From Desulfobacterales bacterium (GTDB lineage Bacteria > Desulfobacterota > Desulfobacteria > Desulfobacterales > UBA5616), in the NCBI GenBank assembly GCA_046483495.1, contig JAWODC010000093.1:1-38611 (forward strand): a stretch of DNA of 38,611 bases. The letters run 5' to 3'. The translations under genes and the position numbers were made by a program. Positions 10,183 through 19,198 of the stretch are shown here, in pieces; the stretch's first letter is position 1, and the number at the start of each line of letters is the position of its first letter. The notes beneath the pieces were generated by a model. That model did no database searches and was not told where the DNA came from. It saw only the letters and a program-made list of their open reading frames with translations.

Positions 10183-11009
10183 GTGAAAAACGTGTCAAAA
10201 CACTATTCCTGGTGCTCGGTGGCGTGTTGACCCTGATGTTTTGCCTGGGGCCGTTTTTCTATATGCTGCTGACGGCGCTCAGCAGATATCCGGACTTTCT
10301 TCTCTCAAACAAACCCTACCAGGGCACCTTAGACCATTTTCGGGTGGTGCTCTTTTCTGAATCCATCCATTTCCCGGAATATCTTCAAAACAGCATTCTG
10401 ATTTCGGCCGTCAGCGCAGTGGTGTCTGTAGGATTGGCTTCACCGGCCGCCTATGCCATTACACGCCTGCCCCTTCCAGGGAAAGCCGCCGTTTTATTCG
10501 GCACTTTGGCCGTTTCCATGTTTCCGCCGGTCAGCCTGATCAGCTATCTTTTCAAACTGATGAGTTATGTAAACTGGATCAACACGTACATGGCCCTGAT
10601 TCTTCCCTATATTGCATGGAATATGCCGATCTGCCTGTGGATTCTGGTCAGCTACTTTTCCCAGGTGCCCAAGGATATCGACAAATCCGCCCAGCTGGAC
10701 GGTGCATCCCGTCTTCGGATTCTTTTCAGCATCATTATGCCGCTGGCCGCGCCGGGGATGTACTCCACCGCTCTGCTGTCCTTTATTTTCGCCTTTAACG
10801 AATTTCTTTTCGCACTGATGCTTACGATTGATGAATCCGCCCGAACCATCCCGGTGGGTATCGCTCTTTTTGAAGGTCTGCACGGCCGCATCCCCTGGGG
10901 TCAGATTATGGCTGCGGCGTGTGTAGCCGCTATGCCGGTAGTGGTGGTAACGCTGATGTTCCAACGCCGGATCGTTCAGGGCCTGACTCGGGGAGCAGTT
11001 AAGGAATGA
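10179..11009 (+). CDS. Sugar ABC transporter permease (MalG/SugB-like)
   Basis: NS...S, AAYAITRL, EAA loop SAQLDGAS, FIFAFNEFLFAL, QRRIVQGLTRGAVK; ATGA overlaps on both sides. Confidence 0.9.
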   Translation: MSEKRVKTLFLVLGGVLTLMFCLGPFFYMLLTALSRYPDFLLSNKPYQGTLDHFRVVLFSESIHFPEYLQNSILISAVSAVVSVGLASPAAYAITRLPLPGKAAVLFGTLAVSMFPPVSLISYLFKLMSYVNWINTYMALILPYIAWNMPICLWILVSYFSQVPKDIDKSAQLDGASRLRILFSIIMPLAAPGMYSTALLSFIFAFNEFLFALMLTIDESARTIPVGIALFEGLHGRIPWGQIMAAACVAAMPVVVVTLMFQRRIVQGLTRGAVKE

Positions 11010-12121
11010 TGGTGGTGCTCGAACATACCAGCAAGACCTTCCGGACCCTTCGCGGCAAAGTGGATGCGATGATCGATATCTCCCTTTCGGTGGAAAGCGG
11101 GGAATTTTTCACGCTGCTGGGGCCCAGCGGATGCGGAAAATCGACGACATTGAATGTGATCGCCGGATTGGAACACCCATCCGAAGGCGTCATTCGGTTC
11201 GGCGAAACGGTAATGGCGGATACTTCCCGGGGAATCATGGTGCCGCCCCGAAACAGGAATGTCGCCATGGTGTTTCAAAGTTATGCACTTTACCCGCATA
11301 TGAACGTTTTCGAAAATATCGCTTTTCCCCTGAAGATCCGGCGTCGAGATAAAAATAAAATTCAGGATTCTGTTGAAAAAACCGCCGCCGTACTCGGCAT
11401 TGAAAACCTGCTGGATCGCAGACCCGCCGAATTGTCCGGCGGGCAGCGCCAACGGGTATCTATCGCCCGCGCGCTGGTTCGGGACCCGAATGTCTTTCTG
11501 CTGGATGAGCCCCTGTCGAACCTGGATGCTCAGCTTCGCACCAATACCCGGGCGGAACTGAAGCGGCTTCAACGGGAAATGGGGATCACGACGTTTTACG
11601 TGACACACGATCAGACCGAAGCCATGACATTAGGAGACCGGATTGCACTTTTTAAAAACGGCCGCCTGATGCAGTGCGGCACCCCGAAGCAGATGTATGA
11701 ACACCCGGAAAACGCGTTTGCCGCTTCTTTTATCGGATCACCGCCGATGAATCTCATTCCCGTCGAAGTTCACCATCGAAATACGGATCCTGTTGTTGTG
11801 TTCGAAAGTGTTGACATACCGATTCCTCAGGAGAAACGCTCGCTTTTGGACCGCATTGCGGGCAAAAAGGTTTGGATGGGAATAAGACCGGAACATATCC
11901 GCATAAACAAAGAAAAGGCACCCCTATTTACCGGCCGAATTCAAACCATAGAGCCGTTGGGCCGTGAAATCATCATTCACATCGAAACGGGGAAAAACCG
12001 GCTTGTGGCATTGAGCGAAACGGAAAGGTATTCGGAGGGTGATGCCATCGGCGTTTCTTTTCCCGCCGAATGCATTCATCTGTTCGATCGCCGGGACGAA
12101 AAACACGCCCCTTCACAGTAA
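11006..12121 (+). CDS. Sugar ABC transporter ATP-binding protein (MalK/UgpC-like, TOBE C-terminus)
   Basis: GPSGCGKST, MVFQSYALYPH, LSGGQRQR, LLDEPLSNLD, YVTHDQ, FIGSPPMN, GIRPE. Confidence 0.93.
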   Translation: MMVVLEHTSKTFRTLRGKVDAMIDISLSVESGEFFTLLGPSGCGKSTTLNVIAGLEHPSEGVIRFGETVMADTSRGIMVPPRNRNVAMVFQSYALYPHMNVFENIAFPLKIRRRDKNKIQDSVEKTAAVLGIENLLDRRPAELSGGQRQRVSIARALVRDPNVFLLDEPLSNLDAQLRTNTRAELKRLQREMGITTFYVTHDQTEAMTLGDRIALFKNGRLMQCGTPKQMYEHPENAFAASFIGSPPMNLIPVEVHHRNTDPVVVFESVDIPIPQEKRSLLDRIAGKKVWMGIRPEHIRINKEKAPLFTGRIQTIEPLGREIIIHIETGKNRLVALSETERYSEGDAIGVSFPAECIHLFDRRDEKHAPSQ

Positions 12122-12145
12122 GAAACGAACCTTTCAAAAAGCGGT

Positions 12146-12454
12146 TTACGGCGAGGGCTGAACGGATGCGGGCTGTTCTATCACTTCCCGTTTTTCTTCG
12201 GCCGGCGCAAAACGATTGTAAAGCCAGGCGAAAATCAATCCGAATACTCCCCCATCCACGACCGCGTATAAAATGCCGACGATTAAATCACCGACGGTAC
12301 CTGAAGCCTCATACCCCGGATAAATGGATGCCGTCATCTGCAGGAAAACCTCACCGTATGGGGGCCAGATCATATGTGCTATACCGGCAAGAAGCATCGC
12401 CACACCCCATAGTATCGCCAAGCCGATGGTCATACCCCTGATACTAAGCTGCAT
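12146..12454 (-). CDS. Small 2-TM membrane protein (resembles the bacterial 'holin-like' DG...G..FAWLYN family)
   Basis: AGGAGG RBS; LWG, SIYPGY, VDGG.FG.IFAWLYN pattern; own sigma54-type promoter. Confidence 0.7.
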   Translation of the reverse strand: MQLSIRGMTIGLAILWGVAMLLAGIAHMIWPPYGEVFLQMTASIYPGYEASGTVGDLIVGILYAVVDGGVFGLIFAWLYNRFAPAEEKREVIEQPASVQPSP

Positions 12455-12495
12455 ATTTCCGCCTCCTTTTCGTTTGGGTTGTCGCTATTGGTTTC

Positions 12496-12510
12496 GCTAT
12501 TTTCGTGCCA
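12496..12510 (-). promoter_or_regulatory. sigma54 (-24/-12) promoter candidate for the 12146-12454 gene
   Basis: Minus strand TGGCACGAAAATAGC: TGGCACG core, GG-N10-GC spacing, ~40 bp upstream of ATG. Confidence 0.7.
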
Positions 12511-12880
12511 TCTTCATTCAAGAATAATTTCCTGTAATGTGCAAAAAACCTGAAAAGAACGTATTCTTCAATAGGGCGAACACCGTATTTTCACCGAAAC
12601 GGCTATGAAAAAACGGCTTTCGTTTTTTGGATGCGAAGCCGGATGGAAAAGCAAATCACCGATCGGCATTGCCTCGTGCTTAGCCGGTGCAGGACCATGC
12701 GAAATTAAAAAGTACGAAATGAAAAATACATCATTAACCGTATTCCCAGTTAAACGGATAACCAGGTAATAAAGTCAGTCGGTATCCGGTTTCAGAAAGC
12801 AAGGGCTGCACGGGGCTGCCGAATGGCCGGAGCCTATGGATACCGATTCATTTCGACATCGACAAAACAGGGGGTTTCCA

Positions 12881-13999
12881 ATGAGCATGACAGGCTTGGA
12901 CGTATTCGATCGAACGCTTCAAAAAACCAACGAATGGCTCAATGATATCGGCGGGGAATTGGGGTTTGTTGAACGGCGGGCAGCTTACGGCGCCTTAAGG
13001 GCTGTTCTGCAAGGTTTAAGGGATTGCCTCACCGTCGATGAAGCGGCCCATTTTGGAGCCCAGCTGCCGATGCTGATCCGCGGATTGTATTACGAAGGAT
13101 GGCGACCCGCGCACAAACCGGTCGAAGAAAACAGACGTGACCACATCCTTTCCCGAATTCGACAGCAATTCGCGGAAAACGCCCGCATTGATCCGGTCAC
13201 TATCGCCCGGGGAGTGTTCGAGATCATTTTTCAGCGGATCACGCAGGGGGAAATGGAAGATATCGTTCATATGCTTCCAAAAGAAATAGATGATTTTTTT
13301 CCCGCTACGGCCATTGAAGCAATTGAAAGGGGCGCCCGGGGTTCCGCCGAGGCGTCCCGCCTGAAGGCCGATGTGAAAAGGATTCTGTCATTGGATGTGC
13401 GACTTGACAAATCCGACATCGAAGTGAATGCCTCCGGCAGTACCATCAAGCTTTCCGGTTCGGTCCCCTCATACGCGGCACGGAAAACAGCGGAACAGGT
13501 TGTGATGAACGTGCCGGGGGTGAAAATGGTTGAAAACCGGCTTGCGATCGTCCCGAAAACAGCCACCCCCCCGAATGATGCCGAAATCGAGGCTTACTTG
13601 AGAGATGCCCTGTTATGGAGCCCGGAAATAGAACCTGACGGCATCACGATTTCAGTGGAGAACGGCCGTATCGAGTTGGGCGGAACCGTTTCGTCTTACT
13701 GGGAAAAAACTGTCGCTGAAGAAATCGCAGGCCAAATAGGCGGCGTAAGGGATGTGGCAAACACGATCGCCGTCGTGCCGACCGACCGTCTCATGGACCA
13801 GGTCATTGCCCGTAATGTCGTATCGACACTCGAACTGCATCCGGAAATCGCGGTTGAACGATTGGATATCCATGTTTCCGACGGTTCGGTTTCCCTGTCC
13901 GGCAATATTCCGACCTATCGGCTGTATCAGGCGGCTCTCGATGCGGCCCGATACACCAGGGGCGTCATCAACATCGACGATAAAATAATCGTGGACTAG
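12881..13999 (+). CDS. DUF2267 domain fused to three BON domains
   Basis: MSMTGLDVFDRTLQKTNEWL...ALRAVL..LRD.L...EAAHFGAQLPMLIRGLYYEGW (DUF2267); three repeats of I.V....G.V.L.G.V.....K..A......GV..V.N.I.V (BON); no signal peptide. Confidence 0.85.
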   Translation: MSMTGLDVFDRTLQKTNEWLNDIGGELGFVERRAAYGALRAVLQGLRDCLTVDEAAHFGAQLPMLIRGLYYEGWRPAHKPVEENRRDHILSRIRQQFAENARIDPVTIARGVFEIIFQRITQGEMEDIVHMLPKEIDDFFPATAIEAIERGARGSAEASRLKADVKRILSLDVRLDKSDIEVNASGSTIKLSGSVPSYAARKTAEQVVMNVPGVKMVENRLAIVPKTATPPNDAEIEAYLRDALLWSPEIEPDGITISVENGRIELGGTVSSYWEKTVAEEIAGQIGGVRDVANTIAVVPTDRLMDQVIARNVVSTLELHPEIAVERLDIHVSDGSVSLSGNIPTYRLYQAALDAARYTRGVINIDDKIIVD

Positions 14000-14076
14000 C
14001 GCCGGTACCGGTGGCATAAATAAACCATTCATTCGGTAATATCTCTTGCATCGAAACCGGAACAGAAAGGCTTCTC

Positions 14077-15474
14077 ATGAATTCTTTTACGGATCGTCTG
14101 GCTCCATTTATCCTTCGAATGAAGAATGAAGGCATACCCGACCTGATCATCGATCATTTTAAATTTTATTACCGCAAGTTATACGATGGAGAAACCGGCT
14201 TGATCCCCGAAAGCGATCTATTGCCCGTAACGTCCCTGGATGATGCCGAAACATTTCCGGCTGAGTATCGAGAAACCGGTGAAGCCGCTTTGCCCAAAAC
14301 AGTCATCATCAAGCTGAACGGCGGTCTGGGAACAAGCATGGGAATGGATCGCGCCAAGTCGTTGTTGCCGGTGAAAAATTCACTTTCCTTTCTCGATCTC
14401 ATCGTCAGGCAGAGCAGAAGCCTGCGCATCTTTGTGCCTGTTGTTTTCATGAACAGCTTTTCAACCCGGCAAGACACACGTAATGCGCTAAAGGCTTATC
14501 CCGAAATATGGGGGGACCTTCCCCTGGATTTTCTTCAACACAAGATTCCAAAGATCAATGCCGACGATTTAAGCCCCGCTCATACTCCCGGCAATCCCAA
14601 CCTGGAATGGTGCCCTCCCGGACATGGGGATTTATATCCTGCGCTGGAAACCAGCGGCATGCTGGACACCCTCCTTAAGGCCGGGTACGAATACGCGTTT
14701 GTATCCAATGCCGATAATCTGGGCGCCGTCATGGATCCTTCGTTACTGGGCTACTTCATCGCAAACGCATTGACCTTCATGATGGAAACGGCGGATCGAA
14801 CAGAAGGGGATAAAAAAGGTGGACATCTGGCCCGTTTCAAATCCGGGGGGTACGGACTTCGGGAAATCGCCCAGTGCCCGGAAAACGATCAGAATTCTTT
14901 TATGGATATCGAGCGCCATAAATACTTTAACACCAACAACATCTGGTTGAAACTGTCCGCATTAAAACGCATTTTGAAGGAAAAAAGAGGGATTCTGGCA
15001 TTGCCGATGATTCGGAACCGGAAAACCGTCGATCCCCGCGATCCGAACTCCCGAGCCGTTTATCAACTGGAAACGGCAATGGGAGCGGCGATTTCCGTTC
15101 TTGAACCATCCGGTGCCGTCCGCGTATCCCGGAACCGCTTTGCACCGGTGAAGAATACGGCGGATTTGCTGATCGTGAGGTCCGACTGCTACACCTTGGA
15201 TGATGGGTTCCGAATCATGTCGGACCCGGCCTGCGGCCTCGACCGTGCCGCCATCGATCTGGACCCGGCTTTTTATCGGCGCATCGACGATTTTGAAGCC
15301 CGTTTTCCTTTCGGCCCACCGTCTCTGGTGAACTGCCGATCCCTCACCATCCGGGGAGATGTAACATTCGGCGCCGATATTAGATTGTCCGGTGAAGTTA
15401 CATTGGTGAATCATCGAAAAGAGCCGCTTGAAATTGAAAACGGCCGGACCCTTGAGGGGAGCCTTCGCGTATGA
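14077..15474 (+). CDS. UTP--glucose-1-phosphate uridylyltransferase, eukaryote-type UDPGP family (not GalU)
   Basis: KLNGGLGTSMG, MNSFST, WCPPGHGD, SNADNLGA, KGGHL, FNTNNIW, QLETAMG, RFAPVK, C-terminal beta-helix LTIRGDVTFG. Confidence 0.92.
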   Translation: MNSFTDRLAPFILRMKNEGIPDLIIDHFKFYYRKLYDGETGLIPESDLLPVTSLDDAETFPAEYRETGEAALPKTVIIKLNGGLGTSMGMDRAKSLLPVKNSLSFLDLIVRQSRSLRIFVPVVFMNSFSTRQDTRNALKAYPEIWGDLPLDFLQHKIPKINADDLSPAHTPGNPNLEWCPPGHGDLYPALETSGMLDTLLKAGYEYAFVSNADNLGAVMDPSLLGYFIANALTFMMETADRTEGDKKGGHLARFKSGGYGLREIAQCPENDQNSFMDIERHKYFNTNNIWLKLSALKRILKEKRGILALPMIRNRKTVDPRDPNSRAVYQLETAMGAAISVLEPSGAVRVSRNRFAPVKNTADLLIVRSDCYTLDDGFRIMSDPACGLDRAAIDLDPAFYRRIDDFEARFPFGPPSLVNCRSLTIRGDVTFGADIRLSGEVTLVNHRKEPLEIENGRTLEGSLRV

Positions 15475-15662
15475 CCGGCTGCTGTGTTCTCATTGAAAAT
15501 ATCCGATTGACGAAATACATGATTTTACCCATGGTGGACGGCACATGGTTTGTGTTACTCGAAATATACCGCCCTGGCTGCAAAGCGTTGCGGCCGACTG
15601 CCGAAAATCCGCCTGCCGGCAGGGTGGCCGAACATGTGGAAAACATAAAAGAGAACCATGCC

Positions 15663-15887
15663 ATGAACGACCGCACGGAAAAAAAGCGCCTCGATGACCT
15701 GGAAAAAGAAATCGAGACAACGTGGGATGCCGCTCACAGACGATTGCTGGAGTTAAGGGCCAGGGTAGATCGGCTCGAAACTGAAATTATGGTATTGAAA
15801 CGTTTTTTAGCGGATGAAGATCCTTCATTTGACAAGCGGTTTTCCCGGATGCTGCAGGAGACCCTGGATCAATTCTCCCCCGAGTAA
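15663..15887 (+). CDS. Small coiled-coil hypothetical protein (74 aa)
   Basis: Heptad pattern LLELRARVDRLETEIMVLKRFL; ATG 15663 preferred over upstream start. Confidence 0.6.
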   Translation: MNDRTEKKRLDDLEKEIETTWDAAHRRLLELRARVDRLETEIMVLKRFLADEDPSFDKRFSRMLQETLDQFSPE

Positions 15888-16001
15888 GCCGATGCCGGGA
15901 ATGTCAACGCTTCTAAAAGCGGAAGGAGCTGCACCCCTTTGCGTGGGCTATTATTGCAAGACATCACACCCGATCCCATTTCGACGGCAAAGGACAACTA
16001 C

Positions 16002-16280
16002 ATGAACCGTACAAGAGCCCATGTAATGATCAGCGGACGCGTTCAAGGCGTCTTCTTTCGGGTGGAAACCCGGGAAACCGCTTTGCGGAAGGAGGTTACA
16101 GGATGGGTCCGCAATACGCGTGACGGCCGGGTTGAGGCGGTGTTCGAGGGCAACGACGAAGAAGTGCAGCAAATGATTCAATGGTGCCGCAAGGGTCCGC
16201 CCGGCGCCCGTGTGAATCACGTAGACATCGAACAGGAAGAATTTAGGAACGAATTCGATACGTTTTCCGTCCGGCATTAA
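16002..16280 (+). CDS. acyP: Acylphosphatase
   Basis: ISGRVQGVFFR, GWVRN, DGRVEAVFEG, GPPGARV; AAGGA RBS before ATG 16002. Confidence 0.95.
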   Translation: MNRTRAHVMISGRVQGVFFRVETRETALRKEVTGWVRNTRDGRVEAVFEGNDEEVQQMIQWCRKGPPGARVNHVDIEQEEFRNEFDTFSVRH

Positions 16281-16309
16281 ATAGTACCCGGAAAAAAAGG
16301 AATTAGAAG

Positions 16310-17482
16310 ATGAAAAAAACGATTCGCGACATTGATGTGAGCGGCAAGCGTGTTCTCGTTCGAGCCGACTTCAACTTGCCGATAAAAGACGGAAACATCA
16401 CCGACGATACCCGAATCCGCAAAACGCTGCCCACGATTGAATTTCTAAAGCAGCAGGGTGCACGCATTATTATCTGTTCTCACTTAGGGCGGCCCAAGGG
16501 GAAGGTTGTAGAAGAATTCAGATTGGACCCGGTGGCCCATCGCCTCTCAGAGTACCTGAAATCGGACATCATCAAAGTGGATGATATTATCGGCGATGAT
16601 GCACAAAGCGCCGTTAAAAAGCTTAAAGACGGCGATATAGTGGTTCTCGAAAATACCCGGTTCAATCCCGGTGAAAAAGAAAACGATCCGGAATTCGCCC
16701 GCAAATTGGCCCAGTTCGCGGATGTCTTCGTCAATGACGCCTTTGGTGCGGCGCATCGGGCCCATGCCTCCACCGTCGGCGTCGCCCGTTATCTTCCGGC
16801 AGTGGCCGGTCTGCTGATGGCGGAAGAAATCAACTCATTGGAAAAAGTGCTGACCGAACCAAAAAAACCGTTTGCCGCCATATTCGGGGGAGCGAAGGTT
16901 TCCGACAAAATCGATGTCATCGGCCGGTTTCTCGATATGCTGGACATGCTTCTTATCGGCGGTGGTATGGCCAACACGTTTTTGGCGGCAAAAGGCGTGC
17001 CGATCGGCGCTTCAAAGGTGGAAACAGAACTTCTGGACACGGCAGCCAAGATAACGGAGCAGGCGGGTGACCGGCTGTTTCTTCCGGTGGATGTAGTGAC
17101 GGCAGACCGGCTCGATGAAAACGCCGAAACAAAAACCGTCGATGTCAATGCCGTCCCGTCCGATTGGCTTATTCTGGATATCGGGCCTAAAACGATAAAA
17201 CGTTTCGAAGACAAGCTGCAGGCCGTCAATATGATCGTTTGGAACGGACCTGTCGGTGTATTCGAGATGGCGCCCTTTGCCGAGGGAACCCTTCAACTGG
17301 CCCGCGTCCTGTCCGGATTGAGCGCCGTTACGATTATCGGCGGCGGAGATTCGGCTGCGGCGGTGGCAAAAGCCGGCGTTACAGATGAGATCTCGCACAT
17401 CTCCACCGGAGGGGGCGCATTTTTAGAGTTTCTCAGCGGCAAAGAACTGCCCGGCATTCAAATCCTGGCCGACAAATCGTAG
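16310..17482 (+). CDS. pgk: Phosphoglycerate kinase
   Basis: [56 protein letters not shown]. Confidence 0.97.
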   Translation: MKKTIRDIDVSGKRVLVRADFNLPIKDGNITDDTRIRKTLPTIEFLKQQGARIIICSHLGRPKGKVVEEFRLDPVAHRLSEYLKSDIIKVDDIIGDDAQSAVKKLKDGDIVVLENTRFNPGEKENDPEFARKLAQFADVFVNDAFGAAHRAHASTVGVARYLPAVAGLLMAEEINSLEKVLTEPKKPFAAIFGGAKVSDKIDVIGRFLDMLDMLLIGGGMANTFLAAKGVPIGASKVETELLDTAAKITEQAGDRLFLPVDVVTADRLDENAETKTVDVNAVPSDWLILDIGPKTIKRFEDKLQAVNMIVWNGPVGVFEMAPFAEGTLQLARVLSGLSAVTIIGGGDSAAAVAKAGVTDEISHISTGGGAFLEFLSGKELPGIQILADKS

Positions 17483-17553
17483 CGGCGCCCGTTTCATCCG
17501 TTTCGGTTCAGGATCGCAAGATCGTATTCGCTTAAGGGATAAGGATCTATGCC

Positions 17554-18759
17554 ATGAATTTAAATTTATATCGATCGCTTCAAAGATCCTCCGAATCAAA
17601 AATTTTACTTCTGGTAATGGATGGGCTCGGGGGGCTTCCCGTTAAACCCGGCGGACCGACGGAATTGGAAGCCGCACACACGCCGAACCTGGATGAAATA
17701 GCGAAAAACAGCATATGCGGGCTTCACATCCCGATTCATGCCGGTCTCACACCCGGCAGCGGCCCCGCCCATCTCGCACTCTTCGGCTATGACCCCATCG
17801 AATACCAAGTGGGGCGTGGGGCCCTTGCCGCAGTGGGCATCAATTTCGATCTTCAGCCGGAAGATGTGGCCGCACGGGGGAATTTTTGCACGATCGACGA
17901 CAAGGGGATGATCACCGACCGGCGCGCCGGCCGCATCGAAACCGAAAAAAACAGGGAGTTGTGCCGCCTGCTGCGGCAAATCGATATACCGAACGTGGAA
18001 ATCTTCATCGAACCGGTCAAGGAGTATCGATTCCTGCTCGTGATGAGGGGTGAAGGGCTGTCGGACAAACTCGGGGATACGGATCCGCAGGCCGTGAGGC
18101 AAAAGCCCGTCATGCCGCATCCGCTCGAAAAAGAAGCGGAACCCACTGCAAACGTACTCCACCGATTTATAGACCGCGCCCGGAACATCCTAGCCGATCA
18201 TCACCCGGCGAATATGGTGCTGCTGAGGGGATTCTCAAAACGGCCGAATTGGCCGACGCTTCAGGAAATATTCGGCATCCGGTGTGCCGCTGTTGCCGGA
18301 TATCCGATGTACCGCGGCCTTTCCAAGCTGATCGGTATGGATATTATCGAAACCGGCGATGCACCGAGTGAGGAAATCGATAAACTTGAAAAGCATTGGA
18401 ATCAATTTGATTATTTCTACTTTCATGTAAAAAAAACGGATAGCGCGGGAGAAGACGGGGATTTTGAGCGAAAGGTCGGTCTTATCGAAGAAGTGGATCG
18501 ATTGATGCCGCGAATCATGGACCTAAAACCGGATGTGTTGATCGTCACCGGCGATCATTCCACCCCGGCGATTCTGAAATCGCACAGCTGGCACCCCGTT
18601 CCGGTTCTGCTGTACGCCAAACATTGCAGACCGGATTCGGTAGAGCGGTTCGGTGAACGATATTGCCTTTCCGGTGCGCTTGGACCGCGGTTCCCCGCCA
18701 AGGACCTCATGGGATTGGCCGTCGCAAACGCTCAACGGCTCGATAAATTCGGTGCATAA
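17554..18759 (+). CDS. apgM: 2,3-bisphosphoglycerate-independent phosphoglycerate mutase, ApgM (archaeal-like) type
   Basis: MDGLGG, PGSGPAHLALFGYDP, GRG, RGNF, DRRAGRI, DTDP, HVKKTD..GEDG, TGDHSTP, HSWHPVP. Confidence 0.92.
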   Translation: MNLNLYRSLQRSSESKILLLVMDGLGGLPVKPGGPTELEAAHTPNLDEIAKNSICGLHIPIHAGLTPGSGPAHLALFGYDPIEYQVGRGALAAVGINFDLQPEDVAARGNFCTIDDKGMITDRRAGRIETEKNRELCRLLRQIDIPNVEIFIEPVKEYRFLLVMRGEGLSDKLGDTDPQAVRQKPVMPHPLEKEAEPTANVLHRFIDRARNILADHHPANMVLLRGFSKRPNWPTLQEIFGIRCAAVAGYPMYRGLSKLIGMDIIETGDAPSEEIDKLEKHWNQFDYFYFHVKKTDSAGEDGDFERKVGLIEEVDRLMPRIMDLKPDVLIVTGDHSTPAILKSHSWHPVPVLLYAKHCRPDSVERFGERYCLSGALGPRFPAKDLMGLAVANAQRLDKFGA

Positions 18760-18858
18760 TGCTCTGATTGATTTTTTCCGTAAAACGCCGGGGCGGTTTG
18801 GTGCCCATTGCCGGTTTTACCTATGATAATTTTTGCCGGGATGTTGGTGAATACGGCA

Positions 18859-19032
18859 TCAGTTTTTTTCATTCGAAACCGGCGAAGGCCGGTTTCTCGT
18901 TTTTGTTTTTCTGGGTTTCTTTTTCTCTTTTTCTATAGGCTCGGTCCCGCCGCTGAACTCTTCGCCGTTGAACTCTTCCTGGAGGAGCTGTCTGACATAA
19001 TCTTCCAGTTTTTGCTTTCGAATATCCGCCAT
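18859..19032 (-). CDS. Small hypothetical protein (57 aa), acidic middle and basic C-terminal tail
   Basis: AGGAAGGA RBS before ATG 19032; MADIRKQKLEDYVRQLLQEEF...KEKKKPRKTKTRNR. Confidence 0.5.
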   Translation of the reverse strand: MADIRKQKLEDYVRQLLQEEFNGEEFSGGTEPIEKEKKKPRKTKTRNRPSPVSNEKN

Positions 19033-19198
19033 AATGAATCCTTCCTGACGGTTGGGGTTTGTTTCTGCCACCGATTGCGGTCGACCGGCCGTTTCAAACC
19101 AACGGCGACACTTCGGCATTTCACATGATGTTACTACCGGATGCGGGCCGTCCTTTTATTTCCTCCATCCGTTTACGCCCCACTTTGAGGGCAAATAC

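Noticed and set aside
14034..14049. GG...TTGC upstream of the UGPase gene
   Set aside because: Spacing is 11, not the strict 10 required for sigma54.
15539..15554. CGGCACATGGTTTGT possible sigma54 promoter
   Set aside because: -12 element is GT not GC and it lies ~110 bp from the likely start; insufficient support.
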